A stretch of DNA of 60,799 nucleotides, counting the filler, from Asterionella formosa (lineage: Eukaryota): NCBI GenBank assembly GCA_002256025.1. It is 11 parts of 11 records of this genome, joined end to end, with 100 filler letters (N's around TTAATTAATTAA, not from the genome) between each part and the next. Parts side by side here need not be neighbours in the genome. Positions count along the whole stretch, not along the records: positions 55,376 to 60,799 come from NKIB01013074.1; 10 more parts are not named here. One strand, written 5' to 3'. The number at the start of each line of letters is the position of its first letter. Within the stretch, counting starts at the first letter, position 1. A program made the position numbers and the translations under genes. Shown in pieces: positions 60,028 to 60,799 of the stretch. The notes under the pieces are model-generated. The model was given only the letters and a program-made list of their open reading frames with translations. It made no database searches and was not told where the DNA came from.

Positions 60028-60799
60028 CTAATCAGTCTGAAGGACACATGATTGAGAGACAGGGGACCAATTCTGCTGCACCAACCATAGCTTATTGGAA
60101 AATTCCAAAAATTGTAGTATGCAAAGGCCTGAAAGTCCACATGAACATCCCCAAAGTCCCAAGCGCACTTGTCAGCATTCTCATACCCATTTGCATCATA
60201 CCAAGCCTCTTTTCCAGAAACATCAATATAAGGATCTGTGACTGCTTCAGTTAGTTCATGTGCAAACACACTCAACATGGCATCAACGGCCAAATTATTG
60301 TTAGGGGATGAGCCAAACCAATTCCAAAATGAACCACATCTAGAAAACAAGCAATATTCCGAAGCTATTCCCAACATTGAATACTGGACTCTGATATTAT
60401 TCTTATTTTCATTGGTTGAACCATGATAACCACAGTAAGTGGTGCAAAAACTATTTTTTGATGCATCCATGGATTCCTTGACATTGTCGGATGGAAGAAC
60501 AATATAGATTGCATTAGTATCTGCAGGAAAAGTGCCCGAGTTAATGTTTCCAATGACGATTTTGGAAATGTTGTTGGGCCCCAAATTGAACCCACGACTT
60601 CCCTTGTCAGTGATGGTTTGCTTCACCTTGACTGTTCCATTGACCATGACCTTTTCAGAGTTCTGATCTTTTTGAAAGTAGTATTGTTTGGTTATACCGT
60701 CGTACCAACTTGATGTTCCAATTCCATTTGCAAAAATTTCGATCAACTACATCTCCTCGTTTTCCCAATACCCGTAGTAAATCAAATAAAGATCAACAT
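60028..60799 (-). pseudogene. Inverted paralog of the Phi-1/EXORDIUM-like gene, disrupted; 5' end cut off by the window end
   Basis: Colinear with 56779-57726. It has an in-frame TAG at 60749-60747 (CAG in the intact copy) and a +1 frameshift near 60110. The correct terminal frame WLVQQNWSPVSQSCVLQTD* ends at 60028. Confidence 0.88.

Overview
This window is not one locus. It is 11 unrelated eukaryotic contigs (5446, 5446, 5445, 5444, 5439, 5435, 5434, 5433, 5429, 5424 and 5424 bp, sorted by decreasing length) joined by an artificial 100-nt spacer (N44-TTAATTAATTAA-N44), so adjacency across spacers means nothing. The organism is most likely a diatom, judging by a diatom-type cyclin, diatom-style Ty1/copia elements, a diatom-type LRR membrane protein and short GT-AG introns. 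Host genes include a UAA/SLC35B nucleotide-sugar transporter, a 4-exon MED7, the 3' end of a vacuolar sorting receptor, a cyclin, a protein with FRG1-like termini, two secreted Pro/Ser/Thr-repeat proteins, an LRR protein, a chitin-binding protein and a Phi-1/EXORDIUM-like protein. Pseudogenes include GST, a GH18 chitinase, a second Phi-1 copy and a second PST-repeat gene. The rest is mostly transposons: four copia pieces, one of them with both LTRs and a 6-bp TSD; pogo-like and Tc1-like relics; and non-autonomous TIR elements. Two signals stand out. The first is a fully bounded 3.0-kb Kolobok-type DNA transposon (TTAA TSD, TIRs) that the ORF track does not reveal; it carries a decayed transposase and a co-oriented KolX/P2X7-tail-like gene. 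The second is a window-wide pattern of CCAGGTA/GGTACC micro-motifs that show up as insertions when two copies of the same repeat are aligned. All family assignments come from motifs recognised by eye; no database search was run.
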